A stretch of DNA of 37,746 nucleotides, from the sequence record DRR723986_5438; one strand, 5' to 3'. Under the pieces are notes generated by a model, which did not search any database, had not been told where the DNA came from, and saw only the letters and a program-made list of their open reading frames with translations. Shown piece after piece: positions 1 to 9,402 of this stretch (the first letter of the stretch is position 1; every line of letters starts with the position of its first letter). Both the position numbers and the translations under genes were made by a program.

Positions 1-2
1 AT

Positions 3-1055
3 CTGGATGGCTATACTGTTTACACCCTGCGTGAACCCCACGGTGTGACCGGTCACATTGTTCCATGGAACTATCCGATGCAGATTATCGGCCGCTCAGT
101 GGGCGCGGCCTTGACCATGGGCAATGCAACCGTTCTGAAACCCGCAGAAGAGGCGTGTTTGACCGCCCTTGCCTTTGCTCAGATCGCGCAAGAGGCCGGT
201 TTGCCCGATGGCGCATTGAACGTTGTGCCCGGTTTGGGCGGCGAAGCGGGCGCGGCATTGTCTGCCCACCCCGGCATCCACCACATCAGCTTTACCGGGT
301 CCGTCGCAACGGGCGCGTTGGTGCAGCAGGCGGCAGGGCGCAATGTGGTTCCTGTCACCTTGGAATTGGGCGGCAAATCCCCCCAACTGGTGTTCAACGA
401 TGCTGACTTGGATGCCGCCCTGCCCTTTTTGGTTAACGCGGGTATTCAAAACGCCGGGCAAACCTGCTCCGCTTCCTCTCGGATTTTGGTGCAACGGGAT
501 GTTTATGAATCCGTCAAAACCCGCATGGCACAGGCCTATGAGGCCCTGGCGGTTGGCCCAGCCACCGAAGACTTGCGTCTGGGGCCGCTGATTTCAGATC
601 GACAAAAGGACATCGTGACCGGGTTTCTGGACAAAGGCGCTGATCTGCCCATCGCTGGGCAAGGCGTCATCGTGGATCACGCCCCCAAATCGGGGGCCTA
701 TGTCCGGCCCACGCTGTTTGCAGATGTCCCCGCTGATCACCCGTTGGCTCAACAGGAAATCTTTGGCCCCGTTCAGGTTCTGATCCCATTTGACACCGAA
801 GCAGACGCGGTTCGAATTGCAAACAGCACCGAATTCGGCCTCGTGGCCAGCATTTGGACCCGCGACGGCGCCCGTCAGATGCGTCTGGCAAAACAACTGC
901 GCTCGGGTCAGGTGTTTATCAACAACTACGGTGCTGGGGGTGGGGTTGAATTGCCCTTTGGCGGTGTTGGGAAATCCGGACATGGCCGCGAAAAAGGGTT
1001 CGAAGCACTTTATGGGTTTTCGCAGCTCAAAACCGTGGCGGCCTTTCATGGGTAA
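3..1055 (+). CDS. NAD(P)-dependent aldehyde dehydrogenase family protein (5' end outside window)
   Basis: Frame open from base 3 (LDGYTVYTLREPHGVTGHIVPWNYP); ALDH motifs PWNYP, FTGS, LELGGKSP (catalytic Glu), NAGQTC (catalytic Cys), EIFGP, PFGG. Confidence 0.95.
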   Translation: MDGYTVYTLREPHGVTGHIVPWNYPMQIIGRSVGAALTMGNATVLKPAEEACLTALAFAQIAQEAGLPDGALNVVPGLGGEAGAALSAHPGIHHISFTGSVATGALVQQAAGRNVVPVTLELGGKSPQLVFNDADLDAALPFLVNAGIQNAGQTCSASSRILVQRDVYESVKTRMAQAYEALAVGPATEDLRLGPLISDRQKDIVTGFLDKGADLPIAGQGVIVDHAPKSGAYVRPTLFADVPADHPLAQQEIFGPVQVLIPFDTEADAVRIANSTEFGLVASIWTRDGARQMRLAKQLRSGQVFINNYGAGGGVELPFGGVGKSGHGREKGFEALYGFSQLKTVAAFHG

Positions 1056-1058
1056 GTC

Positions 1059-1982
1059 ATGACGCAGACCAAAGACAACGTCACCTTAGCGATCATCCTG
1101 TCGCTTGTGGCGTTGCTGATGTTTGACGTTATGGGGCTGATTATCAAATACCTGCTGCCCCGGTATTCTGCGGCTGAACTATCCGCCTATCGCAATTTCT
1201 TTGGTATTTTTCCCAGCCTGATTGCGCTCTGGTCGTCGACCGGATGGCACGCGGGTGGGCGGGTTCTAAAGATGCGCCAGTGGAAACTGGGCCTCGCACG
1301 CGGGTTTATCGTCACTTTCGCGCAATTTTTGTTCTACTTTTCACTCGGCACGATGGCCTTTGCCACGGCCACGACAATCACCTATGCTAACGCCATCTTT
1401 ATGACCGCACTGGCTATTCCCCTGTTGGGAGAGCGTGTGGGCCTGATCCGCTGGTCTGCTGTTTTAATTGGGTTTGTTGGAGTCATGATGGTCATGAACC
1501 CAGCCTCGGACAGCTTTTCCACCGCTGCCTTTGCGCCACTGGGGGCTGCCTTTTTATACGCATTGGCCGGTGTCACGGCGCGGCGCATGGACCCTGATGT
1601 GCCCAGCCCCCTGATCAATCTCTATTCCGTTATCGCCGCGCTGATTGGGTCGCTCAGCCTTGCGATTTATGCCGGAGGGTTTTCTGCGTTGGCGTCGATG
1701 TCCGATCTGTTCTGGATCATTGCCATGGGATCATGCGGTGGAACCGCTGTGTTGTTGCTTGTCGTCTCATATCGCATGACCGAACAAAGCAACCTCGCGC
1801 CGTTTAACTATTTTGGCATCCCAATTGCCTTTGCAGCCGGGTGGCTGGTCTATGGCGAAACCCCGTTCAAGGATCTGTTCCCCGGCGCCTTTTTGATCAT
1901 TGGCGGGGGGTTGTTGGTGATCTGGCGCGAACGCCAGGTCAAACGGTCCATTCTGCGGGGGGTGCAGCCACCCCCCAATTGA
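1059..1982 (+). CDS. DMT/EamA family membrane transporter
   Basis: 307 aa, about 10 hydrophobic segments, LLGERVG..RW and LAPFNY...G..YGE motifs typical of EamA/DMT proteins; starts 3 nt after the ALDH stop. Confidence 0.88.
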   Translation: MTQTKDNVTLAIILSLVALLMFDVMGLIIKYLLPRYSAAELSAYRNFFGIFPSLIALWSSTGWHAGGRVLKMRQWKLGLARGFIVTFAQFLFYFSLGTMAFATATTITYANAIFMTALAIPLLGERVGLIRWSAVLIGFVGVMMVMNPASDSFSTAAFAPLGAAFLYALAGVTARRMDPDVPSPLINLYSVIAALIGSLSLAIYAGGFSALASMSDLFWIIAMGSCGGTAVLLLVVSYRMTEQSNLAPFNYFGIPIAFAAGWLVYGETPFKDLFPGAFLIIGGGLLVIWRERQVKRSILRGVQPPPN

Positions 1983-3272
1983 TCACACGACGACTTCGAT
2001 CGCCTCTTGCTGGCCGACACCAAACACCCGCTTGTAACGGTCAATTTCGCTTTGCGGACCCATCGCCTTTTCCGGGTTGTCAGATAGCTTGACGGTCGGT
2101 TTCCCATTCGCCGTAACCGCCTTACATACCAGAGAAAATGCCGCCAGCCCGTCATCTTTGACCAGACCGCGAAAATCGTTGGTCAGCAAGGTGCCCCAGC
2201 CAAAGGACACATTCACCTGCCCGGCAAACTGTTTGTGCAGCTCTTTGATTTTGTCCACATCCAAACCGTCCGAGAAAATGACCCGCTTTTGGGTTGGGTC
2301 TTCGCCGCGGGCTTTCCACCAACCGATGGCCGTTTCTGCGCCAGTTGCCGGATCACCGCTATCGATACGGATCCCGGTCCATCCGGCCAACCAATCCGGT
2401 GCGCTGTCCAGAAACCCCTGCGTGCCGTAGGTATCGGGCAGGATAATGCGCAGATTGCCCTCGTGTTCGTCATGCCAGTCGGACAACACATCATAAGGCG
2501 CGCGCGCCAACGCGGCGTCCCCTTCGGCCAAGGCAGAATACACCATCGGCAACTCGTGCGCGTTTGTCCCGATCGCCTCGACCTCGCGCCGCATTGCAAT
2601 CAGGCAATTTGACGTCCCGGTGAATTTGGGCCCAAGCCCCTCAAGCATCGCCTGAACACACCAATCCTGCCACATGAAACTATGACGACGACGCGTCCCG
2701 AAATCAGCGATGCCCAATCCGTCAATCTCGCGCAGGCTTTCGATCTTGGACCACACACGTGTCATCGCCTGCGCATACAGCACCTGCAATTCAAACCGGC
2801 GCATGTCATGCAACACGGCCCGTGATCGGAGCTCCATCAAAATCGCAAGCGCAGGGATTTCCCACAGCATGACTTCGTGCCATTTGCCCTCAAAGGTCAG
2901 CTCGTACTGATCGCCCTTGCGCTCCAGATGATAGGGCGGCAGGCGCATGTTCTCGAACCACTCCATAAAATCTGGGCGGAACATCTGTCGTTTGCCGTAA
3001 AATGTGTTGCCGCGCAGCCATGTGCTTTCACCACGGCTCAAGCTCAGGGACCGAACGTGGTCCAGCTGTTCGCGCAACTCCCCTTCGTCAATCAGGTCCG
3101 CCAATGGGATATGCGTCGACCGGTTGATCAATGAGAATGTGACATCTGTATCCGGCTTGTTGCGAAAAACAGACTGACACATCAACAACTTATAAAAGTC
3201 GGTGTCGATCAGAGAGCGGACGATCGGGTCGATCTTCCACTTGTGGTTATAAACACGTGTTGCGATGTCCAA
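1983..3272 (-). CDS. pncB: Nicotinate phosphoribosyltransferase
   Basis: SLIDTDFYKLLM, DFGTRRRHS, GTSN, GTNAHE, PDTYGT, RIDSGDP, FSDGLD, KLSDNPEKA motifs; TTG start with GAGG upstream. Confidence 0.97.
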   Translation of the reverse strand: MDIATRVYNHKWKIDPIVRSLIDTDFYKLLMCQSVFRNKPDTDVTFSLINRSTHIPLADLIDEGELREQLDHVRSLSLSRGESTWLRGNTFYGKRQMFRPDFMEWFENMRLPPYHLERKGDQYELTFEGKWHEVMLWEIPALAILMELRSRAVLHDMRRFELQVLYAQAMTRVWSKIESLREIDGLGIADFGTRRRHSFMWQDWCVQAMLEGLGPKFTGTSNCLIAMRREVEAIGTNAHELPMVYSALAEGDAALARAPYDVLSDWHDEHEGNLRIILPDTYGTQGFLDSAPDWLAGWTGIRIDSGDPATGAETAIGWWKARGEDPTQKRVIFSDGLDVDKIKELHKQFAGQVNVSFGWGTLLTNDFRGLVKDDGLAAFSLVCKAVTANGKPTVKLSDNPEKAMGPQSEIDRYKRVFGVGQQEAIEVVV

Positions 3273-3330
3273 GGCGCGCCTCGTCAGTTAGGTCAGGCAT
3301 GGATACGCCAGACACAGCGGCAAAGCAATT

Positions 3331-5559
3331 TCATTGCTTGGTACACCCTTCACGCCGGGGGGCATGCACCAGCAATCGCGATATGAGATCCGCACGACGC
3401 AACGGTTTGCTCATGAAATCATTCATACCTGCTTGGCGACAGGCTGTCTTGTCACTGCCAAACGTATTGGCCGTCAGCGCAATGATGATCGGTTGCTCCA
3501 TGGGAGAATCGCGAATGACACGCGTTGCCTCCAGCCCTCCCATGACTGGCATGGACATATCCATAAAAATCAAGTCCGGTTTGAATTCAGAAGCCATTTT
3601 CACCGTTTGTTGCCCATCATAAGAAAACTGCAAATCCACGGGCAAAGCCGCGAGGAACTTCTTAATCACCAAGCGGTTGACCTTGTTGTCCTCGGCCACC
3701 AGAATTTTCATACCCTTTAGCGCACACAGGTTGGTTGACCCCAGTTTCAACAGGTTTTCACGCCACTCTGGCCGATCTTCTTCGGCATGATCCACCGGCA
3801 GGGTTACGGTAAAGCGCGAACCCTTGCCCAGAACCGATTGAACAGCGATCTCTCCCCCCATCATCCGCACCAATTCCAGCGAAATCGTCAGCCCCAACCC
3901 TGTCCCGCCGTAGTGCCGGGTTGTCGCTGCGTCCGCTTGAGAGAACCGATCAAACACATGATCCAGCTTTTCTTCGGCAATGCCGATGCCGGTGTCTTCG
4001 ACAACCAGCGTCAGGATGTATCCGTTTTCCCAGCGATCCGCCGACAGGGTAACGGTTACTTCGCCTTTCTGGGTAAATTTGATCGCGTTCCCAATCAGGT
4101 TCAGCAGTACCTGCCGCAAACGCCCGTCATCCCCTTTGACCTTATTGGGAATTGAGGGGATCGGATTAAAGGTGAGGGTCAGTCCCTTGGAGTTTGCCTC
4201 TGGCCACATCAATCGTACTGTATCTTCACAGCACTGCCGCAGATCAAAATCCACCGGATCCAATGCCATTTGATGAGCGTCCAGTTTGGAGAGATCCAAA
4301 ACATCATTGATGATCGTTAACAACGCCTTGGCGGAACTCTTGATTGTATCCGCGTAAACCCGCTGGTCCTTGTCCAGATCAGTTTCCAACAACAGATCCG
4401 TCATGCCGACAACCCCATTCATAGGGGTGCGGATTTCATGGCTCATGGTGGCCAAAAATTCCGCCTTGGTGCGGGCGCCATCCTCGGCCGCATCACGGGC
4501 CGCCTTTAGATCACGGGCATAACTTCTGGCTTCGGTGACATCCCGCTCCACCGCCACTGACATCTCAACATTCCCCGCCTCATCTAAAATTGGCACAAGG
4601 TTTGTTTCCATCCAAATGTCAGCGCCAGATTTGGTGACATTTTGAACTTCGCCCCGAAAGGGCTGACCGCTCTGGATGGCGCTTTGGATCGCGGCAATTG
4701 TCACGGGGTCTGTCTGCGGCCCATTCAGCAGCTCACCCGGGCTTTGGCCTTGCGCCTCGCTGAGGGAATAGCCTGTTATGCGGGTGAATGCCTCGTTCAC
4801 CCAGGCAATTGTACCATCGCCATTCGACACAATAACGCTGTCATGCGCATTGCGTGCAACAAGCGAAAGCTGATGTGCCTCTTTCTGGTGCCGCACCAGC
4901 GCCAGACTTTGTTTCGTCAAAGCCAGAGTTGTATCCCGATTGCCGCGAAAGCCCCAATTGACGAACTGCAAAAACATCATGACCATATAGGCCAACAGCA
5001 CCGTTCCCACCGCATCGAGAATCCACGTATTCAGGGCGGTTTCTGATCCAAAAAGGTCAATCACATACAGCCCAACAGTCGTCAGCACATAGGTCACCAG
5101 ACGCACCACAGCTGCGCGCCTGTGAAACGGCATCACCAACCCGGCATTGATTGCTGCGCCCGCTAAAAATGCCGTGGCAAATAGCGGTGTCACCCCACTG
5201 GCCGACCCAAACCAGGCAAGAGATACGCAAGCAGAAATCGTGCAGGCCTGCAGGAATGCGGTTAACGTGCTGACAGCCCGCGCCCATTTACAGGATCGCC
5301 CTGCCTCAAGTCTCCTTAAGATCCAAAGCAGGCACACACAATCTAGCGCCTCACCCAGCAACGCGAGGCCAACTGCGAGCAGCCCGATTCCCACTCCATT
5401 GGTCGCGCCGACAACGACACCACCAGTGAGCGTCAAAATCTGACGGCCAGCAAAGTGTCTGACCCGGCCGCGTGCGTACCGCCGCAACAACCCATCCGGG
5501 CTGTAATGTCGTTCATAGTCCGCGAGCCCGTCGACGGTCGGCGAAGGAGTATCCCGCAT
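3331..5559 (-). CDS. Membrane-bound hybrid sensor histidine kinase (TM region - PAS - HisKA - HATPase - REC)
   Basis: About 5-6 N-terminal TM helices; PAS (WVNEAFTRITGYS...ERDVT); H-box FLATMSHEIRTPMNGV; N/G boxes NLIGNAIKFT, DTGIGI, GGTGLGL; receiver AEDN...FMDMSMPVMGG...KP. Confidence 0.95.
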   Translation of the reverse strand: MRDTPSPTVDGLADYERHYSPDGLLRRYARGRVRHFAGRQILTLTGGVVVGATNGVGIGLLAVGLALLGEALDCVCLLWILRRLEAGRSCKWARAVSTLTAFLQACTISACVSLAWFGSASGVTPLFATAFLAGAAINAGLVMPFHRRAAVVRLVTYVLTTVGLYVIDLFGSETALNTWILDAVGTVLLAYMVMMFLQFVNWGFRGNRDTTLALTKQSLALVRHQKEAHQLSLVARNAHDSVIVSNGDGTIAWVNEAFTRITGYSLSEAQGQSPGELLNGPQTDPVTIAAIQSAIQSGQPFRGEVQNVTKSGADIWMETNLVPILDEAGNVEMSVAVERDVTEARSYARDLKAARDAAEDGARTKAEFLATMSHEIRTPMNGVVGMTDLLLETDLDKDQRVYADTIKSSAKALLTIINDVLDLSKLDAHQMALDPVDFDLRQCCEDTVRLMWPEANSKGLTLTFNPIPSIPNKVKGDDGRLRQVLLNLIGNAIKFTQKGEVTVTLSADRWENGYILTLVVEDTGIGIAEEKLDHVFDRFSQADAATTRHYGGTGLGLTISLELVRMMGGEIAVQSVLGKGSRFTVTLPVDHAEEDRPEWRENLLKLGSTNLCALKGMKILVAEDNKVNRLVIKKFLAALPVDLQFSYDGQQTVKMASEFKPDLIFMDMSMPVMGGLEATRVIRDSPMEQPIIIALTANTFGSDKTACRQAGMNDFMSKPLRRADLISRLLVHAPRREGCTKQ

Positions 5560-5630
5560 TATCGACCTTTGGGATTAGTTTCGATCCCAACACCCTAGGC
5601 GCGAGCTAGTTAACAAATTGCAACCAAATC

Positions 5631-6224
5631 TCAGATCAAGACCACTCCGGCATCGCACATCGCCTGCTTTGCAGCCGCCATCGACCCGTCCATATCAATG
5701 GCCCGACACGCCCGTGTATCCACCGTGACCTGATACCCAAGCTTCGCCGCATCCAAGGCAGAAAACTGCACGCAGAAATCAGTTGCCAGCCCCACCATCG
5801 TCACCCGATCAACGCCACGGGTGCGTAAATACCCATCAAGCCCCGTCGGGGTGGTCTGATCGTTTTCGAAAAACCCGGAATAGCTGTCGATGTGTGACCT
5901 GAACCCTTTGCGCAGAATCAGATCCCCATCTGTGCGCAGATCCGCGTGAAACGCCGCACCTTCGGTGCCTTGTTGGCAGTGGTCCGGCCACAAAACCTGT
6001 GGGCCATAAGGCATTTCAATCATCTCAAACGGGGCTTTTCCCGCATGTGAGCTGGCAAAAGAAGAATGGCCCGCCGGGTGCCAATCCTGCGTCAGGATCA
6101 CGGCATCGAACCCATCCATCATGCCATTGATCAACGGTACGATGTCATCTCCGCCGGGCACCGCCAGCGCACCTCCGGGGCAAAAATCATTCTGAACGTC
6201 GATGACTAGCAATGCATGGGTCAT
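5631..6224 (-). CDS. pncA: Nicotinamidase/pyrazinamidase
   Basis: VIDVQNDFCPGGALAV, TQDWHP, WPDHC, RKG, DSYSGF, GLATDFCV; SD GAGGAG upstream. Confidence 0.97.
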   Translation of the reverse strand: MTHALLVIDVQNDFCPGGALAVPGGDDIVPLINGMMDGFDAVILTQDWHPAGHSSFASSHAGKAPFEMIEMPYGPQVLWPDHCQQGTEGAAFHADLRTDGDLILRKGFRSHIDSYSGFFENDQTTPTGLDGYLRTRGVDRVTMVGLATDFCVQFSALDAAKLGYQVTVDTRACRAIDMDGSMAAAKQAMCDAGVVLI

Positions 6225-6285
6225 GCTCTTTCTCCTCTGGTATCATATGCCTAGGCAGACCACCGCCCCGCGTCAATCCGGGCTC

Positions 6286-6314
6286 TTGCACCGCCCCAAA
6301 CACAGGATTAAACC
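6286..6314 (+). promoter_or_regulatory. Putative sigma70 promoter for the trhO-like gene (TTGCAC-N17-TAAACC)
   Basis: TTGCAC 6286-6291, 17-nt spacer, TAAACC 6309-6314, ATG 7 nt later; no SD in between. Confidence 0.5.
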
Positions 6315-6321
6315 GCCGCAC

Positions 6322-7227
6322 ATGTTTACCATCGCTGCGCTCTATCATTTCACCCAGTTCCCCGACCCGGCTGCAATTCAGCCGGCCTTGCTTGAACTGT
6401 GCCAGACTCAATCCGTGCGAGGCACGTTGTTGCTAGCCAAAGAGGGCATCAACGGCACCATCGCAGGCCCCCGTGCGGGCATCGATGCCGTGCTCGCGCA
6501 TATTCGTGGGCTGCCCGGTTGTTCCGATCTGGAGTGGAAAGAAGCCACCGCCACAGAGGCCCCCTTCGGCAAGATGAAAGTCCGTCTCAAGAAAGAGATC
6601 GTGACCATGGGCCAACCTGACATCGACCCCAAGGCACGTGTCGGAAACTATGTCGACCCCGAGGAATGGAACGATCTGATCCGGTCAGACGACGTGGTCG
6701 TGATCGACACCCGCAATGATTACGAAGTGGCGATTGGTACGTTCGAGGGCGCAATCGACCCCGAAACCGCGACCTTCCGCGAATTCCCCACGTGGTGGGA
6801 AGACAACAAAGACCGGTTCCACAACAAGCGCGTGGCGATGTTCTGCACCGGGGGCATCCGGTGCGAAAAATCCACCAACTTTCTGCTGGGTCAGGGGGTT
6901 GATGACGTCTACCACCTCAAAGGTGGGATTTTGCGCTATCTCGAAGAAATGCCCGCCGATGACAGCACGTGGGAAGGCGAATGTTTTGTCTTTGATAACC
7001 GCGTATCCGTTGGGCATGGCTTGGTCGAAGGCCCGCACGAGTTGTGCCATGGCTGCCGCCGCCCGATCCTGCCCACGGACAAAGAGCGCCCTGAATTCGA
7101 ACACGGTGTTTCCTGTCACCAGTGCATTGATGAGAGCACCGAACAGGACAAAATGCGATTCCGTGAGCGTCAGAAGCAAATCGTGCTCGCCCGCGCCCGC
7201 GGCGAAGAACATTTTCGCATTTCCTGA
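6322..7227 (+). CDS. trhO: UPF0176 rhodanese-domain protein, tRNA uridine(34) hydroxylase TrhO type
   Basis: Start placed at MFTIAALYHF; EGINGT, KVRLKKEIV, DTRNDYE, CTGGIRCEK, HLKGGIL.Y, WEGECFVFD.R motifs. Confidence 0.9.
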   Translation: MFTIAALYHFTQFPDPAAIQPALLELCQTQSVRGTLLLAKEGINGTIAGPRAGIDAVLAHIRGLPGCSDLEWKEATATEAPFGKMKVRLKKEIVTMGQPDIDPKARVGNYVDPEEWNDLIRSDDVVVIDTRNDYEVAIGTFEGAIDPETATFREFPTWWEDNKDRFHNKRVAMFCTGGIRCEKSTNFLLGQGVDDVYHLKGGILRYLEEMPADDSTWEGECFVFDNRVSVGHGLVEGPHELCHGCRRPILPTDKERPEFEHGVSCHQCIDESTEQDKMRFRERQKQIVLARARGEEHFRIS

Positions 7228-7254
7228 TCTGACCCAGACCAAATTCCAAGACAT

Positions 7255-7285
7255 CAACCCGGCGCTTCACGTCGGGTTGTTTTTT
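7255..7285 (+). terminator. Intrinsic terminator after trhO
   Basis: CAACCCGGCG-cttca-CGTCGGGTTG stem followed by TTTTTT. Confidence 0.85.
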
Positions 7286-7312
7286 GTATGGGGCGTGGGC
7301 TGGCAGGGCGCG

Positions 7313-8398
7313 CTATGCCCCACGATTGACCGCAACCAAATGATTGTCCCACGCCACATCAGACTGCCACAAACGGGTGGCCTGCTGGTGGACTTGAAAC
7401 ACCTCTCCGGTCCCGGCCGAGGCGACCAGCGCGTCGCCCAGAACACCTAAGCCACAGACATCCTCCAGTTCTAGCTTGCCGGTCATCTGCCGAGCCGCCA
7501 CATCAAACAGCTGCACACGGTTCCCGCGAGGTGAAGACACCGCCAATCGCTGACCCTTGCCCCAAAACACAACGCTGCCGCCATACCCTTTCATCGTCAG
7601 GGCCTCGGTCCGGGGAACCGACATCAACTCAGCCCCTTGTCCGCGTTGATGCACTCCCAAAACAGGCCGCGCTGCACTCAGATCGCCCTGCCATTGCATC
7701 GCAAACGTCACCAAACCGTCCGAGCGCACATCCAAATGGCGGATCGAGTTCAACCGATCCGCGGCTGATAGGCTGACTTGCTCCTGCACCTCCCCTTGCA
7801 GAGACAAATACGTCAGGTTCGGCTGCATCGTCGGCAGGTTCAACTTGGCGCGCCCGCTGTCCGGGTGCGTTTCAATGCCGCCATTGGCAACCACAAGGGT
7901 TTGACCGTCTGGCATCAACCGCACGTCATGCGGACCAACACCGCCCGAACTGATCTCACCCACGCGGGCATAGTCTGCTGTGACATCCCAAACGCCCAGG
8001 CGCCCCCGCCCAGCCTCATAATCGTTTTCCGTGGTGAACAAGGTGTCGCCTTGCTTGGAATACACCCCATGACCATAGAAATGGCGCCCCGCCGGGGCCT
8101 CTAATCTAGCAATTTCACGCCCGGTGACACAGTCCAACACAATCGCAAACCGCCCCGGACGGCGGGCAAAGGCCACCGCCTGTGGGCGATGCGGATGTGC
8201 CGCTGCGGCGTGCCCGCGCGACGGCAAAGGGATCTCAAAAACCGGTTGCCCGCCCTGACCCAAACCAAACACCGCATAGCCCCCGTTAGGCGCACGGCCT
8301 GCCGATAGAAACGCTGGCGACCCGGCGTCCGCCCAGCTCAGCCGCGGGCACGCCCCGGCTGCAACAAGTCCTGCGATAAACCCGCGGCGTGATGTCAT
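7313..8398 (-). CDS. DUF1513-type Tat-exported beta-propeller protein
   Basis: Tat signal MTSRRGFIAGL; motifs RGHAAAAHP, FARRPG, HFYGHG, TEND, GPHD, ANGGIETHPD, SIRHL, WDNH; alternative TTG start at 8404. Confidence 0.88.
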   Translation of the reverse strand: MTSRRGFIAGLVAAGACPRLSWADAGSPAFLSAGRAPNGGYAVFGLGQGGQPVFEIPLPSRGHAAAAHPHRPQAVAFARRPGRFAIVLDCVTGREIARLEAPAGRHFYGHGVYSKQGDTLFTTENDYEAGRGRLGVWDVTADYARVGEISSGGVGPHDVRLMPDGQTLVVANGGIETHPDSGRAKLNLPTMQPNLTYLSLQGEVQEQVSLSAADRLNSIRHLDVRSDGLVTFAMQWQGDLSAARPVLGVHQRGQGAELMSVPRTEALTMKGYGGSVVFWGKGQRLAVSSPRGNRVQLFDVAARQMTGKLELEDVCGLGVLGDALVASAGTGEVFQVHQQATRLWQSDVAWDNHLVAVNRGA

Positions 8399-8400
8399 GC

Positions 8401-9402
8401 TCAATCCCCGTCCAAGGAATTAAAGCCGCCTGACACCCCCAACATCGGCCCAAGGGCCCCCGTCGAAACGGCCCGAATATCATTAACCGTCCGCTGCAAC
8501 ACCTCAACCCGGAACCGGCCACTGGGGTCTGACACCCCGGCAAAGCGCGGATCGTGCAGGCCCTTGGCCTCGGCCAAGGCAATGTCGAAATGCGAACCCA
8601 ACTGCCCTGCGACCTCAGGCTCAGCTTTCGCCAATTGCATCGCAAGACGCTCCAGCGCCTCCAGCGATAGGGTCACATTATGCAAGGACCGCCCCGACCG
8701 CCAAGCTTCGGCACGCTTTGGGCGCGGGGCATCATACGTCCCCAAGGGGCGCCCCAGACGCATATCTGCGGTGATCTGCAAGCCTGTGTTCAACGCCTTG
8801 AAAAACTCCTGCGCCACCTCAGCCTCGGATTGGTACACACCGCCCTCAGTTGGGTTGCGCATCAGCTCTGCATACCGTCTGTGCCAATCTGCGGCCAACT
8901 CTTGCGCCGTCACCGAAATGTCGGCAGCCACGGCCTGTACCAGCGCGCAATGATAGGGCGCACTGCCCGCTGTGCTGATCGCGGCGTCATATAGCAAAAA
9001 CTCCATCGCATAGATCCCGCGCCCCGCGATAGACACTGTTGCAAAGCTCTCAGCGGTCTGAACAACCGGGTCTTGGGACGCAATCAACCCATTCAACGCG
9101 CGCGGAGTTTTGCCCCGGCTGTCCGGCCAAAATGCAAGCGCAAAGCCACGGTTTTCGACCTCGGTCGGGCCAAAGCGAAAATGACTAACAGCCGTCCATG
9201 AATCCAGAGTTTCACCAAAGGCGGTGCGCAACGGCTCGGACTCTGCCCGGCAATCCGCTTGCGCAGCCGCATCCAACGCCTGTCCGCTGGTGGCGAGTTG
9301 ATCAAACCCCGGCAACACAATGTCATCCAGAATGGTATCCGCAAGATCCGCATGCGCGACCGAGGCCGTCATTGCCAAAACCAAGGTTGAAATTCGCAAC
9401 AT
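8401..9402 (-). CDS. Imelysin-family periplasmic protein (second copy)
   Basis: Sec signal (AHA), RFGP...FWPD.RG, GIYAMEFLL, RLGRPLG, EAWRS..SL, C-terminal GFNSLDGD. Confidence 0.88.
   Translation of the reverse strand: MLRISTLVLAMTASVAHADLADTILDDIVLPGFDQLATSGQALDAAAQADCRAESEPLRTAFGETLDSWTAVSHFRFGPTEVENRGFALAFWPDSRGKTPRALNGLIASQDPVVQTAESFATVSIAGRGIYAMEFLLYDAAISTAGSAPYHCALVQAVAADISVTAQELAADWHRRYAELMRNPTEGGVYQSEAEVAQEFFKALNTGLQITADMRLGRPLGTYDAPRPKRAEAWRSGRSLHNVTLSLEALERLAMQLAKAEPEVAGQLGSHFDIALAEAKGLHDPRFAGVSDPSGRFRVEVLQRTVNDIRAVSTGALGPMLGVSGGFNSLDGD

Noticed and set aside
4540-4850. PAS domain as a blue-light LOV sensor
   Set aside because: The NCRFLQ motif and its photoactive Cys are absent.
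6716-7450. 244-aa alternative-frame ORF over trhO
   Set aside because: Off-frame overlap of a well-conserved gene, runs through a terminator, atypical composition.
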